DNA of 64,000 nt, from positions 12,255,563 through 12,319,562 of the forward strand of contig CM085492.1 in assembly GCA_041753875.1 (NCBI GenBank), given 5' to 3'. Positions 10,066 through 21,675 of the stretch are shown here, piece after piece. The DNA comes from Acanthopagrus schlegelii (taxonomy: Eukaryota). Position 1 is the stretch's first letter. Every line of letters starts with the position of its first letter. Position numbers and translations under genes: made by a program. Under the pieces are notes generated by a model. That model saw only the letters and a list, made by a program, of their open reading frames with translations, did not search any database and was not told where the DNA came from.

Positions 10066-12253
10066 AAAAAGTGTGTGTAGGAATATTCAACCTAAAATTG
10101 TTCAGGAACCACTGGTGTCAGCTGTTGCCAGGCAGAAATATTAATTGCAGTAATCAGGCCTGTGACTGACCACATCTCGAGATTGTTTGCCATAAATTCA
10201 AACTGAAAGTGAAAATTCCAGCATCAAGCTAAAAGGAGTGATTAAAAGTTGAATTTTGGATTGCTGAAACACATAAATCTCACTACCACGTCCACTTATA
10301 GTAAAACCTATAGTATAGGTTTTATTTACACCGGGGACTGAGCATTTGTAAAAAACTGCAAACTTTACAGCTTAGTCTGTCACCGTAGGAACAAACAGTG
10401 AGCGCTTTAAAAATGGTTTTGTTCCAACCAAGTTAGTCATTTAATAAATGTGGATGCTGTTCTTTAACCATTTAGTGTTTATTTCCTTGTGCTTTGTTGT
10501 ATGTTAAGTGTAATTTAAATTCTCTTGTTAAAACTAAACTCTTCAGGATGCTGTGTCCCGTTTTAGGTCTCACTGAACAGCACAAACAAGCACAAACGCA
10601 TTATTGACACTTAAAAACACAAACAGACATTCACAAAACGTCTCTCACACATATTTATTGTAAAAAATACATATAAAAACAATTTCTGAGACATACAAAA
10701 GATCGGAGCTTAGAAACAGTATATTGAACAGACAAAGACCAAGCCATTTTTCTTGAATTGCATTACATATTTACAATTTAATAAATAAAATTCAATTTGT
10801 TTTTATACCAGAGTAAAAGGCAGATTGTCCATATCTTGTGGATGCAGATACCGCTGTGGTGACTCTTTGAAAGACATTCTCATCTAATATGTCGGCCTCA
10901 AAGCACAGGGCGCACAGGGGGCGTCAGCGTCCTGCGATTCAAGACCAAGGATTTAGGGACATTTATACAAAATACCATCCTTGGTTGGAGAGGAGCTTGT
11001 TTACACACAGAGCGTTTAGTTAGCATTGGTAAAAATTGAGGTATTGCACCACACAGCTTAGAGGGGGGTAAGAAAGAAAATGTGAGTGATGTGGGGTTTT
11101 AGATTGCCTATTATCTTTATTGACAACCCAACCACCACCACCACCAACTCCCCCCAAAAACACACACGCACACACAAACACCCCCCCACCCCTCCCAGCC
11201 AAAGTGTACAACATTATAACTTATCACCACAACAAATGTAACATCTAATGATCAATGCAACTCGTCTTCCGCACTCTCTCACTCAATGCCCCCCAATGCA
11301 CAGACAGACTTTTGGCATTATTTTTTCTATTCACCAATACAAAAAATGAGAAACATGCACAGGGCTGCCCTCTAGTGGCGGGACAAGTCATAGCACCTCT
11401 GACTGCAGAACACTGGGGGGGGCTGGGGTGAACGAACCTGTCCACTGGGCTGACCTCTTCACTGATCCATACCGTTTGTACACACAGAGAAAACACACGG
11501 CACAGACTCGCCTCTTGAGCAGGCAGCAAAAGCAGTTAATTCATGTTTTTGTTCTTTTCCACTTTCCTCTGGCCTGAGCGCAATCTGCACCAGACAGCAT
11601 CTGTGGAGCAGCTTTACTGTTGTGCTTCCAGCCCTGAAAACTCTACGAATACCTGCTTGCACAAGAACCCCTTCACCAGGCAAAGGCAATCAACACACGA
11701 AAAAAGGCAAAGGAAAGCCATTTAACACATTTAGCAATAATCATGATCATAATGTGATGATATAATATCTAAAAACCTTAAAAAGAAAAAAAACCCAACA
11801 ACAATTGGGGAAAGTGGTGGGGGCTAGTTATGTAATAATTTACCATCAGCTGTCCATAGCCTCCAGTGTTGGAAAGCGAGGCAGATGCCACATGGTGTAA
11901 ACATGCCCCCAAAAATACATCCCTCTATCCATCCATCCCTTTATCCCTCCCCGATCTGGCATTAGTGTAACCAGATGGCAAAACTCTCTCTTGAGGGCAG
12001 GTCCAAAAAAAAATAAAAAAATCCGGACGCCACCCCAGAGAGGGTTTTAGAATGAGGAGGGAGGTGGGGGTGGCGTTGTGGGCCAAAAAACCCAAACCTC
12101 ATACAATGTAGAACAGGACCACATGAGCCACCATGTTGCATACCAATGCCACATGTTACAGGATGTTCGCCAGAGTGACTGGAGTTAAAAACTAGCATTA
12201 GAAATTAAAAGGGTAACCCGCTTGACCAAGCAGACTTCTGGGCGATTTACAGT

Positions 12254-12255
<2 letters not shown>

Positions 12256-12313
<58 letters not shown>
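12256..12313. repeat. (CA)n microsatellite, ~29 units
   Basis: Uninterrupted acacac... run read directly from the sequence. Confidence 0.95.
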
Positions 12314-12315
<2 letters not shown>

Positions 12316-15300
12316 TCAGTCATGTTCAGGACATTTTTTGTCCTTGGTCATCAGATCAACACACAAAAACAAGCACACACACACAACCTTAACCCAGACC
12401 TTTTGGGAAAAAAAAAAATTAGCCTTGATGGACAAAAGTGCTCAAATTGGTGCAAACACCAGCGCTACTATGGCCCTATGAAATACCTACAACCTTTCTA
12501 AACACTCAGCAAGTAGCAGCACATTAAACTCAGAGCTAACTAACCACCTACAAGAAAACTGACCTATTCAGAAAAACAATTAGCCCCCAAACTTCCCCTG
12601 AAATGTTTTACAGGTAGTAAGAAAAAAAAAAAAAGAAGAAAAAAAAAAAAAACACCTAGTAACAGCAGCCCCCATTCACCAAAAACAAAGCCTCAACCTC
12701 CAGCTGGTTCAAAGTAAAGCAACGTTTATGTGGTAAAAGTTCACGCTTTCAGTGTGAGGTTGGTTCATTTGGGGTTAGCCGAGGAAAGAAAACATTCATC
12801 CAATGTATGACATGGAACAATACTCTTTCTGCAAAATACTTGATAAAATGACCAATCCCATTTGGAGGGAGAAAAAAATACACAGGAGAGAATCCAAAGT
12901 CACAGTTCAGACAGCTTTTTTTTGTCTTCCACCCCACAGCTGACATCTTTCTGGGGCAAGTTCAATCATTTTGGGGTGATGATGTTTGATTTTTTGGGGG
13001 GTTTTAGTTTGTTTTTTGTTTTTTTATGCTGCGCCTTTTCAGGCCAAGTCCCTAACGCAGAAAGGGAACCTCCACCGCTTCTGTTGCAACAAAGGTCTCG
13101 ATCAGTGAAATTGGAGTAACCGTTTTTACTGTTGAAGTTTGGCTTGAAACGGCCTCGACCAAGTTCAAGTGGACTGATCCACGTGGAGAGCGTCAGGTGT
13201 CGCTAAGTGGAGCTTCCTCTTAGGATCTTCTGCCATCTACTCAAATACAGGGTTTGCGTCTGAGGGGGACAGTGGGCTTCGATTTGTTTAATTACACCTT
13301 TTTTTTTAAATTGGGATTCAATGTAGTCTCCTGTAAGGGTGGAAAAACACAGAGTGACCATTAGACAACGGAATGTATACTATAACAACTGCATTCAAAT
13401 ATAGTCTGCAACAGATGTGGGCAATGTGGTTAATATCAACATCAAATGAATAATATTTTTGTATCATTGATCATTTCACGATGTGGGAAGTGCATTCAAT
13501 ATCACAGACCATTCTCACAACCACGGCTTGTGTATTTCTGCTGAACAATATAGTCGGTGTGCCTGATGCTGAAATTAACTAAATGTCCTGGTCATTCAGT
13601 GGGTCGTACACGAACATACCTGAGTCAGGTTGGTCACTGTGCGGAATACATGTGAACCTTCAGTCAATCGAAAGGATGTTCGGGGCAGCAGGGTTTCACC
13701 TTGGACCAGGAATCAATGCAGCTACGTGGACAGAGACCAGAGGTGAGGGGACACCATGAGATTATATTCTGATTCATTCATGTTAAAAAAAAAGAAAAAG
13801 GGACCTGGCTAATGATAATCCATAAAGCTTGTTGTGAGCCGTTTCATGTCAGAACGCCTCCGTCAGCATTGTGATAAGGTGTTTTTCAGTTGAAAGTAAA
13901 CATTTTTCATACACGAAGCTGCGAAAAAAAACCTCTGTGGATTATCTTGAGAGAGTGGGTTATTAATTCTGTTAGCCGTTATTGCTGTTGAGTTTCTTCA
14001 AATGTATTTTTTGGGTTATATTATATTCAAGAGAAGACGGACATCTCTCAAGCTTGACCACCTCTACAAATACAATCTACATGGATAAATGGTAATATAG
14101 GTAGCAATAGCGCATCTGAGTGTGCGCTAGCGCTTTAATGTGCCATAATCTCTATGATGGGAACCAAATCTGAAGGCAATCACTGCAGCTGGTTGTGAAT
14201 AACCCTCTTTTAGATGTGATAACCTGTATTTTCTTTCCGTTGTGTGAGGGTTAACTCAGCACATTTGGGGACTGGATTGTTGGTCGAACAAAATGAAAAG
14301 TTTGAAGACCTTAGGTCAGATTCGACAAATCAAGAAAGAAGTTTAACGACGAGCAGAAATGGAAATATTTGTTCATCGCAGTCTGACACTAACACATGAA
14401 CATGCACTGTATAATTATTTCTAACCCCGTCATCTTTTAGATTCTAACATTCCAGACTTTTTCCAAATCTCTGTTGCTCGACTGGGTGGATCAGAATGTC
14501 AATTACACAGCCAAACAGCCCCACCTATAAACTGTGGTACAAAACTGAGAACTTCTTGTTCTATGACCAGAACAAAAGACAGACATGTTGTGTGCTTTAT
14601 CTGAGATTAACTTGTGCCGCAACTCAATTTCAGTTGTCTCCGTGCTGGTTATCCATCACAGTAAAACATCAGAGTGCTGTCAGGGTCACATTGTTGTCCT
14701 GTGGAAACTCAGTGTGGATTTTCGGATCAATAAGCACTTAAAAACACATAATGAGATGGATCACATAATCTTGGTTAATTTCGAGTCTCAACAAGTCCAG
14801 CGTCACGCTGGACTGACATTATGGGAAACTAATGGCTCCTTGTAAGTTAGGAAAGACCACAAGTGTTACAGCGTGCTTTGAAACTGAAAATTAGAAGTAA
14901 ATGAGCTGAAACGCGCATAAACACTCACGATCCTTTCACAAAATTGTGATCATTTCTTTTTCAAACCACTTGCACAAGACTTTGATCTGATACATCTGTG
15001 AGTATGTCTTGTGAAAACATAATGACACGGCACATTCTACACGTGTAAAAGCTGTAGTGGAAAACATTCACACCATTGAACTTAAAACATAATCTGTTAG
15101 AGAACAGAAACACGCAACCTGTTGATATTTTCATTTTCACATAAAGTTAACAGAGTTACACTCTTACACTACACTAATCCATTTTATCTCATTTTATCTC
15201 AAAATAATGATTCTTAATGGAGGTATCACAGCACTGGTTGTCAAGATTACATTAATCATATCATGGAAAATGACAGGGGGTCTGTAATTATCACAAACGT

Positions 15301-16106
15301 GTACATCCACTCTTACAGAACAACCAGTGCTTCCTTATATTCCAAACTCTTTAGACTAGTTACCACTGGCGATGCAACTATCAGTTATTTCCTTTAGTGA
15401 TAAATCTGTTTAATATTTACAAATAATTAAATGCACATCACAATCTCCCAGTGCCTATAGTGATGCTTTCAAATCACTTCTTTTGTCCAAGGAACGGTCC
15501 AAAAGCTCTAAGACTCTTCATTAACTGCCATAAATGACAAATAAAAGCAGCAAATTCTTACATTTAAGAAGCTGGAAAAAGCAAAAGTTTGACATGTTTG
15601 CTCTACAAATGACTCGAAGTTTACATGATGGCGTGCAAATCAAGGAACCCCTTGGTTCATTGCTATGTAGACATTGAAGTTCCGACTCTGGTGACATAAT
15701 TAATATCTATTTTGACAGAAGTAGGAGAACTGGTGTCCACTGAGCCACCTTGTATTTTTTTTTTGTTTTTTCAAACAGGAATAATTGTATGAGAGAGTAA
15801 TTGTGCATGAGTAAATGTATATACCTGTACATGTATTTATGTAAACTCAAGCTGTCCTTTAAATATTGTGAGTCAGTCCATAGTTGGCAACTAATTTTCT
15901 TTCGATCCACTAATCGATTAATCTGCTGCAGCTCTAGCTACCGCATTTCGTTCAGTTCTGGAAACAGCCAAATAAATGTTTCCTGTCATATGCACGATGT
16001 CTGCTTTTAATCTCACCCACACTCATTTGCATCTTTACCCCCCTCTTTTCATTTATATCTGTCTGTATTTTATTGTAATGCAAATATGTCGACTGAACTT
16101 TGATAC

Positions 16107-16212
16107 CTCTTATGGTAGACGCAGAGGCAAGCCAGCCTGGCAATGGTCTCTCCCTGTACCAGATCCTCCAAACAGATGGAGCACTCTCCGCTGTCTTTAC
16201 TCAGCACGTCCG
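16107..16212 (-). CDS. ZNRF1/2-like E3 ligase, RING exon; DVLSKDSGECSICLEDLVQGETIARLACLCVYHK
   Basis: Track ORF 16070..16408(-). Minus acceptor ttcacag| and donor ag|GTATCA. About 75% identical to the ZNRF1 RING DVLTKDAGECVICLEELLQGDTIARLPCLCIYHK. Splice phases are consistent with the flanking exons. Confidence 0.75.
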
Positions 16213-16293
16213 CTGTGAACACATGCACAAAGCGACCATAAGTGTTCCCAGCCTTTTTTAAAAACACATTCATTTCTGTGACATGGTACTTAC

Positions 16294-16389
16294 TGTTGTA
16301 AGGTAGGGGAGGAGACGTGAGGCAGCTCAACAAGTGATCCTCAATCCGACCTCCCGGGAAAGGCTTTGAGCAGAATGGACAGCGGATAT
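16294..16389 (-). CDS. ZNRF-like zinc-finger exon; IRCPFCSKPFPGGRIEDHLLSCLTSPPLPYN
   Basis: Minus acceptor ctctgcag| and donor a|GTAAGT. Matches the ZNRF1 segment FKCPICSKSVASDEMEMHFIMCLSKPRLSYN (the C-P-x-C-S-K...H...C-L zinc-ribbon pattern). Confidence 0.75.
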
Positions 16390-17741
16390 CTGCAGAGAGC
16401 AGACACACAACGGAGCTGAGATTAACACACTGTCACAGCTGGGATATAAATGATAGATGATCTGAACATCACATCGAGTACAACTGCTGTATTAAGACGG
16501 CTAGAACACACAGGCTGACTTGGCTAACCGTGGAGCAGAATAAAACACAATCAGACTGCATGAGGCAGTGTGAATGATGAAACCTCGAGTATAACTGACC
16601 CAAAATAGTTAGAAACTTAAATTTGACTGTATGCACTGCACACTATAATGATGAGGGCTGGAGGGAAAGCCACCGCTAGAGCGATGAGTGGATGCGACAG
16701 ACAGGCAGATACAGTGCCTTGCTGCCCTACATTCTCCTCCTCCTCCATCTATGAGCTGCTGCCAGCAGTGAGCGGGCATGTGAAGTTGTGACCCATTTCC
16801 CTACACTTGCTAGAGGGCTGTCCTGGGAAACCCACCACACTGTTGTGTTTTGGCTCGCGATCTCAATGTTTTGCCGACACACCACCATTTCTGTGTATCC
16901 CATTGTTGAATGCAGACCAAGAATGCATTTTCGCTTCCTCTGCACAGTTCCCTTTTAATGCACTTCTTCAAAAAGGGGGGTTGGTTCTTTAATATTTTGC
17001 TCGCTGCAGGATTTACCACTGACAACAACTGTCAACAGGCCTTGAGACATGAAAGAGCCAGTATATCACCACTTCCAGTTTTGCGCCATTGCTCCGCTTC
17101 ACACAATAGGGTCTCTTATGATTTTAGTCAGCATGCGAGCACGGGAAAAGAGATTATCTGTTCAGGAATGTAAATTCCCCAAATAATCCATTTTAATTTC
17201 TGAGTGGGTAGTTACACTTGGAGATATTTTGATTTAAAATTAAAAGTGTGATGTGAGACTAAATGTTTTTGAATTTGTTAACTACTGAAGCAGTATTTTT
17301 TTTTTTTTTTTTTGTCCTTGGGTTGCTGCAGAGTTAGGTGAAGCATTTTTTTTCTGACTTGATCTTAGTTTTATGACTGATTCAAGTTGACAGTTAATAG
17401 ATTATTTTCAATGAATACATACAAACATTCATGTCTTCAGCTGAAAATCGTCTGTCTCAGTCATACCCCAAATGTCGTCATTTTTTTATGACGAGGTATT
17501 GAGTCATTTAATGATGTTCATACTGTCAGGCTCCAACAGATCCACACATTCCTTGTAACTTCTGTGGAAAACTCAATGTTTATGTAAACGTGAGCTACCT
17601 AAAGCTAAAGGCACACACACACACAAAAAAAATGATGGAGACCAGATAATTATTATGGCAACTGCTTTGAATGCGCCACACATGTTAAAAAATATATATG
17701 TATGGAAAATACTAACGGACAGTGTAAATGTATTAACTTAC

Positions 17742-18267
17742 TGCCATGGCGGTTGTTAACACGGTACAGGCCGATCCAAGCCTCTGACACCGGCCGCTGG
17801 TGTGTGCCTCGGACCCGGGCGGATCTTGCGCCAACGCTGCGGGCGGAAGAGTGCCGATTGCCGGGGAGCCGCTCGGAAAAAGTGCGGTGGGGCGTGCGGC
17901 CTGTCTCCTCTCCGGACTGATGTTCCGCTACGACAGGGGGCTCCGGGCTTATGTTACCGTCTTCCTCGGGTTTCCCCTCGCTGTTGTTGTCGTCCGCAGG
18001 TGACGCTTGGCTAATGCTAGAAGGGATGCTGTGGTGGTCAGCGGGGCTACCGTCGGCGCTCGCCCCATGCTGCCCCAGGTCTGAGTCGCTGCCCTCCTCC
18101 GATCGGCTCCGGTTGGCCTCCGTGTCCTCGAAGCTCCCCGAGAAGTCGACCATGAGACTGGTGGGCCTGGTACACCGGGATCGCCGATAGGAATCCCGCT
18201 TTGTGCCATCTTTTCCGAAAGCAGAGGGAACCGGGTCTTCCTGTAGGCGACTTGCTCTCGTCCCCAT
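17742..18267 (-). CDS. ZNRF-like first coding exon; MGTRASRLQEDPVPS... acidic Ser-rich N-terminus ...GLYRVNNRHG
   Basis: Track ORF 17653..18267(-). ATG at 18267-18265 and consensus donor ggca|GTAAGT at 17741-17740, whose phase joins the next exon exactly (a+at = N). MGxxxS is an N-myristoylation consensus, as in ZNRF1/2. The region is a GC-rich CpG island. Confidence 0.65.
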
Positions 18268-18320
18268 CTCTGGCGAGCTAGCTAGCTAATTCAGCTGGCT
18301 AGCCGAGCTGCTTCCTCAAA
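17750..18320. promoter_or_regulatory. CpG island covering the ZNRF-like 5' exon/promoter, divergent from the tep1 promoter region
   Basis: Very high CpG density (runs of cgg, gcg, ccg) compared with the AT-rich surroundings. Confidence 0.6.
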
Positions 18321-18779
18321 GCGAACCACCACAGAAACAAGGGGACGAGTTAACCTCGAAACGACCCTTAAACTCCTAAATATTCGTCCGGTGACTTCAA
18401 ATACGCCTTTCAGCTGAGCCTAACTAAGACGATGTAGGCAGTTCAACCGTCTTTCTCTGGCCTCAGTTTGTTCTAACTGTCCACATTTTCCTTTCTTTTT
18501 TGACGTGCCCGTTCTCGCTACTGCAGCGGAAATAGAGCATTTTCGCTTCCTCCTTTGAGCCGTACACGAACCATTACGGTAACGTCACCGTATCATCCGA
18601 CAGTTTGTAATTCAAACATTAAACGACATTCACGTGTTTGTATTAAATTGATGTGTTTGTTTGTGATTATTGTGTTAAGTCCTGGAAAATTCCGCCACCA
18701 TTCGACCTAATATTCGATTATTTGAGCGTAGGGGCTCATATAGGAGGTATTACGGTAAAAAAGTACACAATAATACTGA

Positions 18780-18784
18780 CCAAT
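18780..18784 (+). promoter_or_regulatory. tep1: CCAAT box (tgaCCAATcagcg, NF-Y-type) in the putative tep1 promoter
   Basis: Canonical gaccaatcag motif about 190 nt upstream of a GAG|GTGAGT donor at 18973. A TATA-like catatagg lies at 18737. Confidence 0.35.
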
Positions 18785-18849
18785 CAGCGCTCTCGAGAGG
18801 GTAGCCAAGCAGCTGCTCGAGTGAGGAAATTTACTGTAAACCAACAGCC

Positions 18850-18973
18850 ACACCAAGCTAGCAGAGATAGTGTCAGTTTGATGCCAAAACCACAGTTCAT
18901 CAAACAGAAACTGAATACTCCAGAGGACACGTCTGTTTAGGGTCAGCTCTACATCCGTCCACCTTAAATTGAG
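18850..18973 (+). other. tep1: putative tep1 non-coding 5' exon (start uncertain), donor GAG|GTGAGT at 18973/18974
   Basis: The first coding exon starts with an acceptor (tttgcag|ggATG at 19917), so an upstream exon is required. A strong donor follows the CCAAT-box region. Confidence 0.3.
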
Positions 18974-19916
18974 GTGAGTTTCCGCGTATGACCCGATTGC
19001 TAACGGCTAACCGCCACACCTACTCAAAGTATTGAGTCATTGCAAAGAAATAAACCACCAGGAACCCCCATGACCTATGTTGAATGTTTAAATATTGACT
19101 AATGTCCGAGTTAGATTCATATATGGCAGATGAAACTGGTGGCTGACTTCTGAGAGGTGACGCCAGTTAGTTTCTAGTTAGTTATAGGGGCACTATGAAG
19201 TTTTTGGGAAAGGGATTTTAATCATAGGGGGGAGATGTCTTTATTGACTGAGCTTTTTCTGTTTTCATGACTGAAAAAAGTCACGAAAACAGCATGAATA
19301 TATCTGAGGTTGTGTTATTAACTCCCTAATATTGTAAATAGTCAAATTCTGAGTTTGAATTTTCTCTCCAAATCTACATTGTTCTTCATAGTGTCCTTTA
19401 CACGGTCTAGTTAGGAGTTGAGAAGTTACGTGTTTATGAATATATGCCAAAAATCCTTCATTACCAGAGTGAAGAAAGGGCTTGCAGTGCACCAAATAAA
19501 AATGTTGGCATTGTTTTTTTAAAGATTTTTTTTTTGTTTTCATTTGGTCTAAAGTTTGGTCAAAGTTTTTGGTTTGCAGTAAGCTTTTGCATGGTAGCCA
19601 ACGTTTCGACCACGACCAAACTGATTTGTATGGTATTTGTATGAGTACCTTTTGCATTTTATCTATGCGTTGTGTGCTCCTGGCATAATGTTTTTTTTAG
19701 ACTTTGTACCCTTTTATGGATGCTTTTAATTGACGCCCTCTACACGCCCATAACTACCTTAGTACACACTGTTCAAACAGCAGTAAAAATGCTGCTGAGC
19801 TGCTTGTGTCAATACTTCGTGCTATCTAGGATTAGGCAGGATTGTGTTTGTGAATGAGAGGAGGAGCTCAAACATGTGACAGCCGCTGACCTTCTGACTG
19901 ATGTGTTTCTTTGCAG

Positions 19917-20455
19917 GGATGAGGGCGCTGACTTTGCAGCAGCCAAATGTGGCCAAAGGAGAGCAGCAGCAGGCCACATGTGGGAGAAGCTTGTCTTCCA
20001 ACTATGTTCCTCTGAGTCTGGAGAATAAGTTCTTAGCGCAGACCTCCACACTGATGCCTCAGCCTTGCTCTCCACTGTTAGATTTTGCAGCAAATCCTTC
20101 CTCTTGTCCCTCTCTCCAGCCTTCCAGTCTGTCTTCCACCTCATCATCCCTTCTCTCCAGCTCTTCCCTCTCGCCCTTCCTCACCTCCCCTCTCCTCGCC
20201 TCCCCTCTCCTTGCCTCGCCTCTCCTCAGCACCGAGAACAAGCTCCTAGCTAGCCACTCTCTGCTCTCCTCTGCCCCTAATGCGTCTTTGCTCTCCACAT
20301 CCTTGACCAGCAGTGCTCTGCTCAATCGCTTTTCTCACACTCCTTCATTCCTACATCATGCTCTGGATGAGGAACAGAAGAGGGATGATGGAGAGGACAA
20401 AGACGGAGAGGAAACATCTGAAGTGATGCAGTCCTGTTGTGAAGAAATAAGTGTG
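19917..20455 (+). CDS. tep1: tep1 first coding exon (ATG 19919); MRALTLQQPNVAKGEQQQATCGRSLSSNYVPLSLENKFLAQTSTLMPQPCSPLL...SPLLASPLLASPLL...EEISV
   Basis: Track ORF 19901..20473. The acceptor lies 2 nt before the second ATG; donor gtg|GTACAT. The LSLENKFLA motif matches the human TEP1 N-terminal repeats (DILSLENRCLA). The region is S/L-rich low complexity. Confidence 0.75.
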
Positions 20456-20545
20456 GTACATGAAATGCTTTAACCTGTTGAACACCATCTTTGATTAATC
20501 TTTTTCCATGTTAACACTATTTTCATGTGATTACTTCTGCATCAG

Positions 20546-20719
20546 ACATATTCTGAGGAAGATGACGATGTTTCATCTGAAGGGGAGACAATCATGAAAT
20601 TACCTGCCCTGGAAATAGTTAACCAGGAATTCGAACATATTTTGGACATCAGACAGGAGGAATTTGCTGAGGTTGAGAGAGGAGATGATAAGATTGAAGA
20701 GGAGCGGAAGGACAAAAAG
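20546..20719 (+). CDS. tep1: tep1 exon; TYSEEDDDVSSEGETIMKLPALEIVNQEFEHILDIRQEEFAEVERGDDKIEEERKDKK
   Basis: Acceptor gcatcag| and donor aag|GTTGGA, 58 codons, phase 0-0. Confidence 0.75.
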
Positions 20720-20879
20720 GTTGGAGAAAAGATTTTAAACAGCATATGAGTGCATTTGTATGTGTTTGCAAGTTTAATATTTCTCTGCTCCAGTGCCAGG
20801 AAATTATATCCCTGTGTTTATTTTGTATGTGTTGGTTTAATTTAACACTTACGTCATTGTCCCTCTGGCTGTTCCACAG

Positions 20880-21029
20880 TATCTCCTGCTGAACTCTGTG
20901 TGTTGCTCCTTGGTCAATAAGAGCAAAGCTCCAGGTGAGAAGGACTGGGACTCAGAGGACAGTGTTTGGACCAGGATCACAAACCTGACAAAGGAGATTT
21001 CTGAGTATGACCCAGAGTTTCCTCTCAAG
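20880..21029 (+). CDS. tep1: tep1 exon (TROVE start); YLLLNSVCCSLVNKSKAPGEKDWDSEDSVWTRITNLTKEISEYDPEFPLK
   Basis: Track ORF 20898..21122. Matches human LLSLLCSTLVSEVNMNNTSDPTLAAIFEICRELALLEPEFILK. Confidence 0.85.
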
Positions 21030-21421
21030 GTGTGTATGTATTACCCTGCAGGAGGGTGGGGGTGGGGGTATTTATCTGAAGGCATTTTTATTTGTATCCC
21101 CAAACTGGATTGGTGCTCCTGAACTTTCATGTTAACTTTATAATAGTAATGCTTTAACCCTACCAGGACATCATCATGCTACTATCATGGTCAACCAATC
21201 AAGAAAAAAATCAGCCCAGGAAATGACATGTCAAAAAAAAAATAGTAGGAATACTATAAAATGTATCATAGAAATTACACGATTTGGTAGAAAACCATTT
21301 TTTAAACAGTTACCAAAACCTGACTGTCCTAAGTTGACAACGTTCAATCAACGATAGAATTCGGTTGTAATAATTTTGGTTGGTCATGTACAGCGTGCTT
21401 GTTGTTTCCTTAACCATTCAG

Positions 21422-21586
21422 GTGGCGGTTTACACTCGACAGCAGTTGAACATCCGCATCACAGCAAACTTCTTATTGGCACTGGCTGCCAATCTGCCCT
21501 CCGCCAAGCCACATGTCCGCAGGTACTTCTGTACTGCAGTGCAGCTGCCCTCAGACTGGCTGGAAGTCATTAGAATCTATAGCATG
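21422..21586 (+). CDS. tep1: tep1 TROVE exon; VAVYTRQQLNIRITANFLLALAANLPSAKPHVRRYFCTAVQLPSDWLEVIRIYSM
   Basis: Track ORF 21380..21655. Near-identical to human ASLYARQQLNVRNVANNILAIAAFLPACRPHLRRYFCAIVQLPSDWIQVAELYQ. Confidence 0.95.
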
Positions 21587-21675
21587 GTAAGTCTTAATGA
21601 GCGTCTTAATGAGGAATCTGGATGCATTGGTGCTGTTAAGTCTTCCAAGTCTTAACAGTGTTTGTCCGTTTCCAG

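Noticed and set aside
10080-10200. Minus-strand reading ..NISAWQQLTPVVPEQF* with W..8..PE spacing reminiscent of the ZNRF C-terminus (SWFEVNRSCPEHP)
   Set aside because: No Cys/His ligands and no compatible acceptor. It looks like a transposon fragment (ttcaggaaccactggtg). The similarity is coincidental.
13620-13750. Plus-strand segment with ttcag|gttggtcactgtg...gaccagag|gtgagg borders (possible exon)
   Set aside because: No homology and no partner exons. It could be a UTR exon of an unannotated transcript, but it is unsupported.
15707-16010. ORFs 15707..15910(-), 15801..16010(+) and 15952..16143(-) near the ZNRF RING exon, tested as a possible terminal exon
   Set aside because: AT-rich with no similarity to the ZNRF C-terminus. 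A splice-phase test gives ..RHRAYDRKHLFGCFQN*, which is not conserved.
17702-18209. Several overlapping ORFs on both strands (17702..17920, 17800..18014, 17949..18209, 17951..18190) in the GC-rich region
   Set aside because: Alternative-frame or antisense shadows of the ZNRF-like first exon. Stop-poor because of the high GC content.
18653-18940. 95-aa plus ORF between the CpG island and tep1 exon 1
   Set aside because: No homology. It lies in the putative tep1 promoter / 5' non-coding exon region.
19265-19657. 130-aa minus ORF in the tep1 5' intron
   Set aside because: AT-rich, no homology and no splice context.
19901-19918. Track ORF start (MCFFAG..) upstream of the tep1 ATG
   Set aside because: These codons are the polypyrimidine/AG acceptor (tttctttgcag). 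The real initiator is the ATG at 19919.
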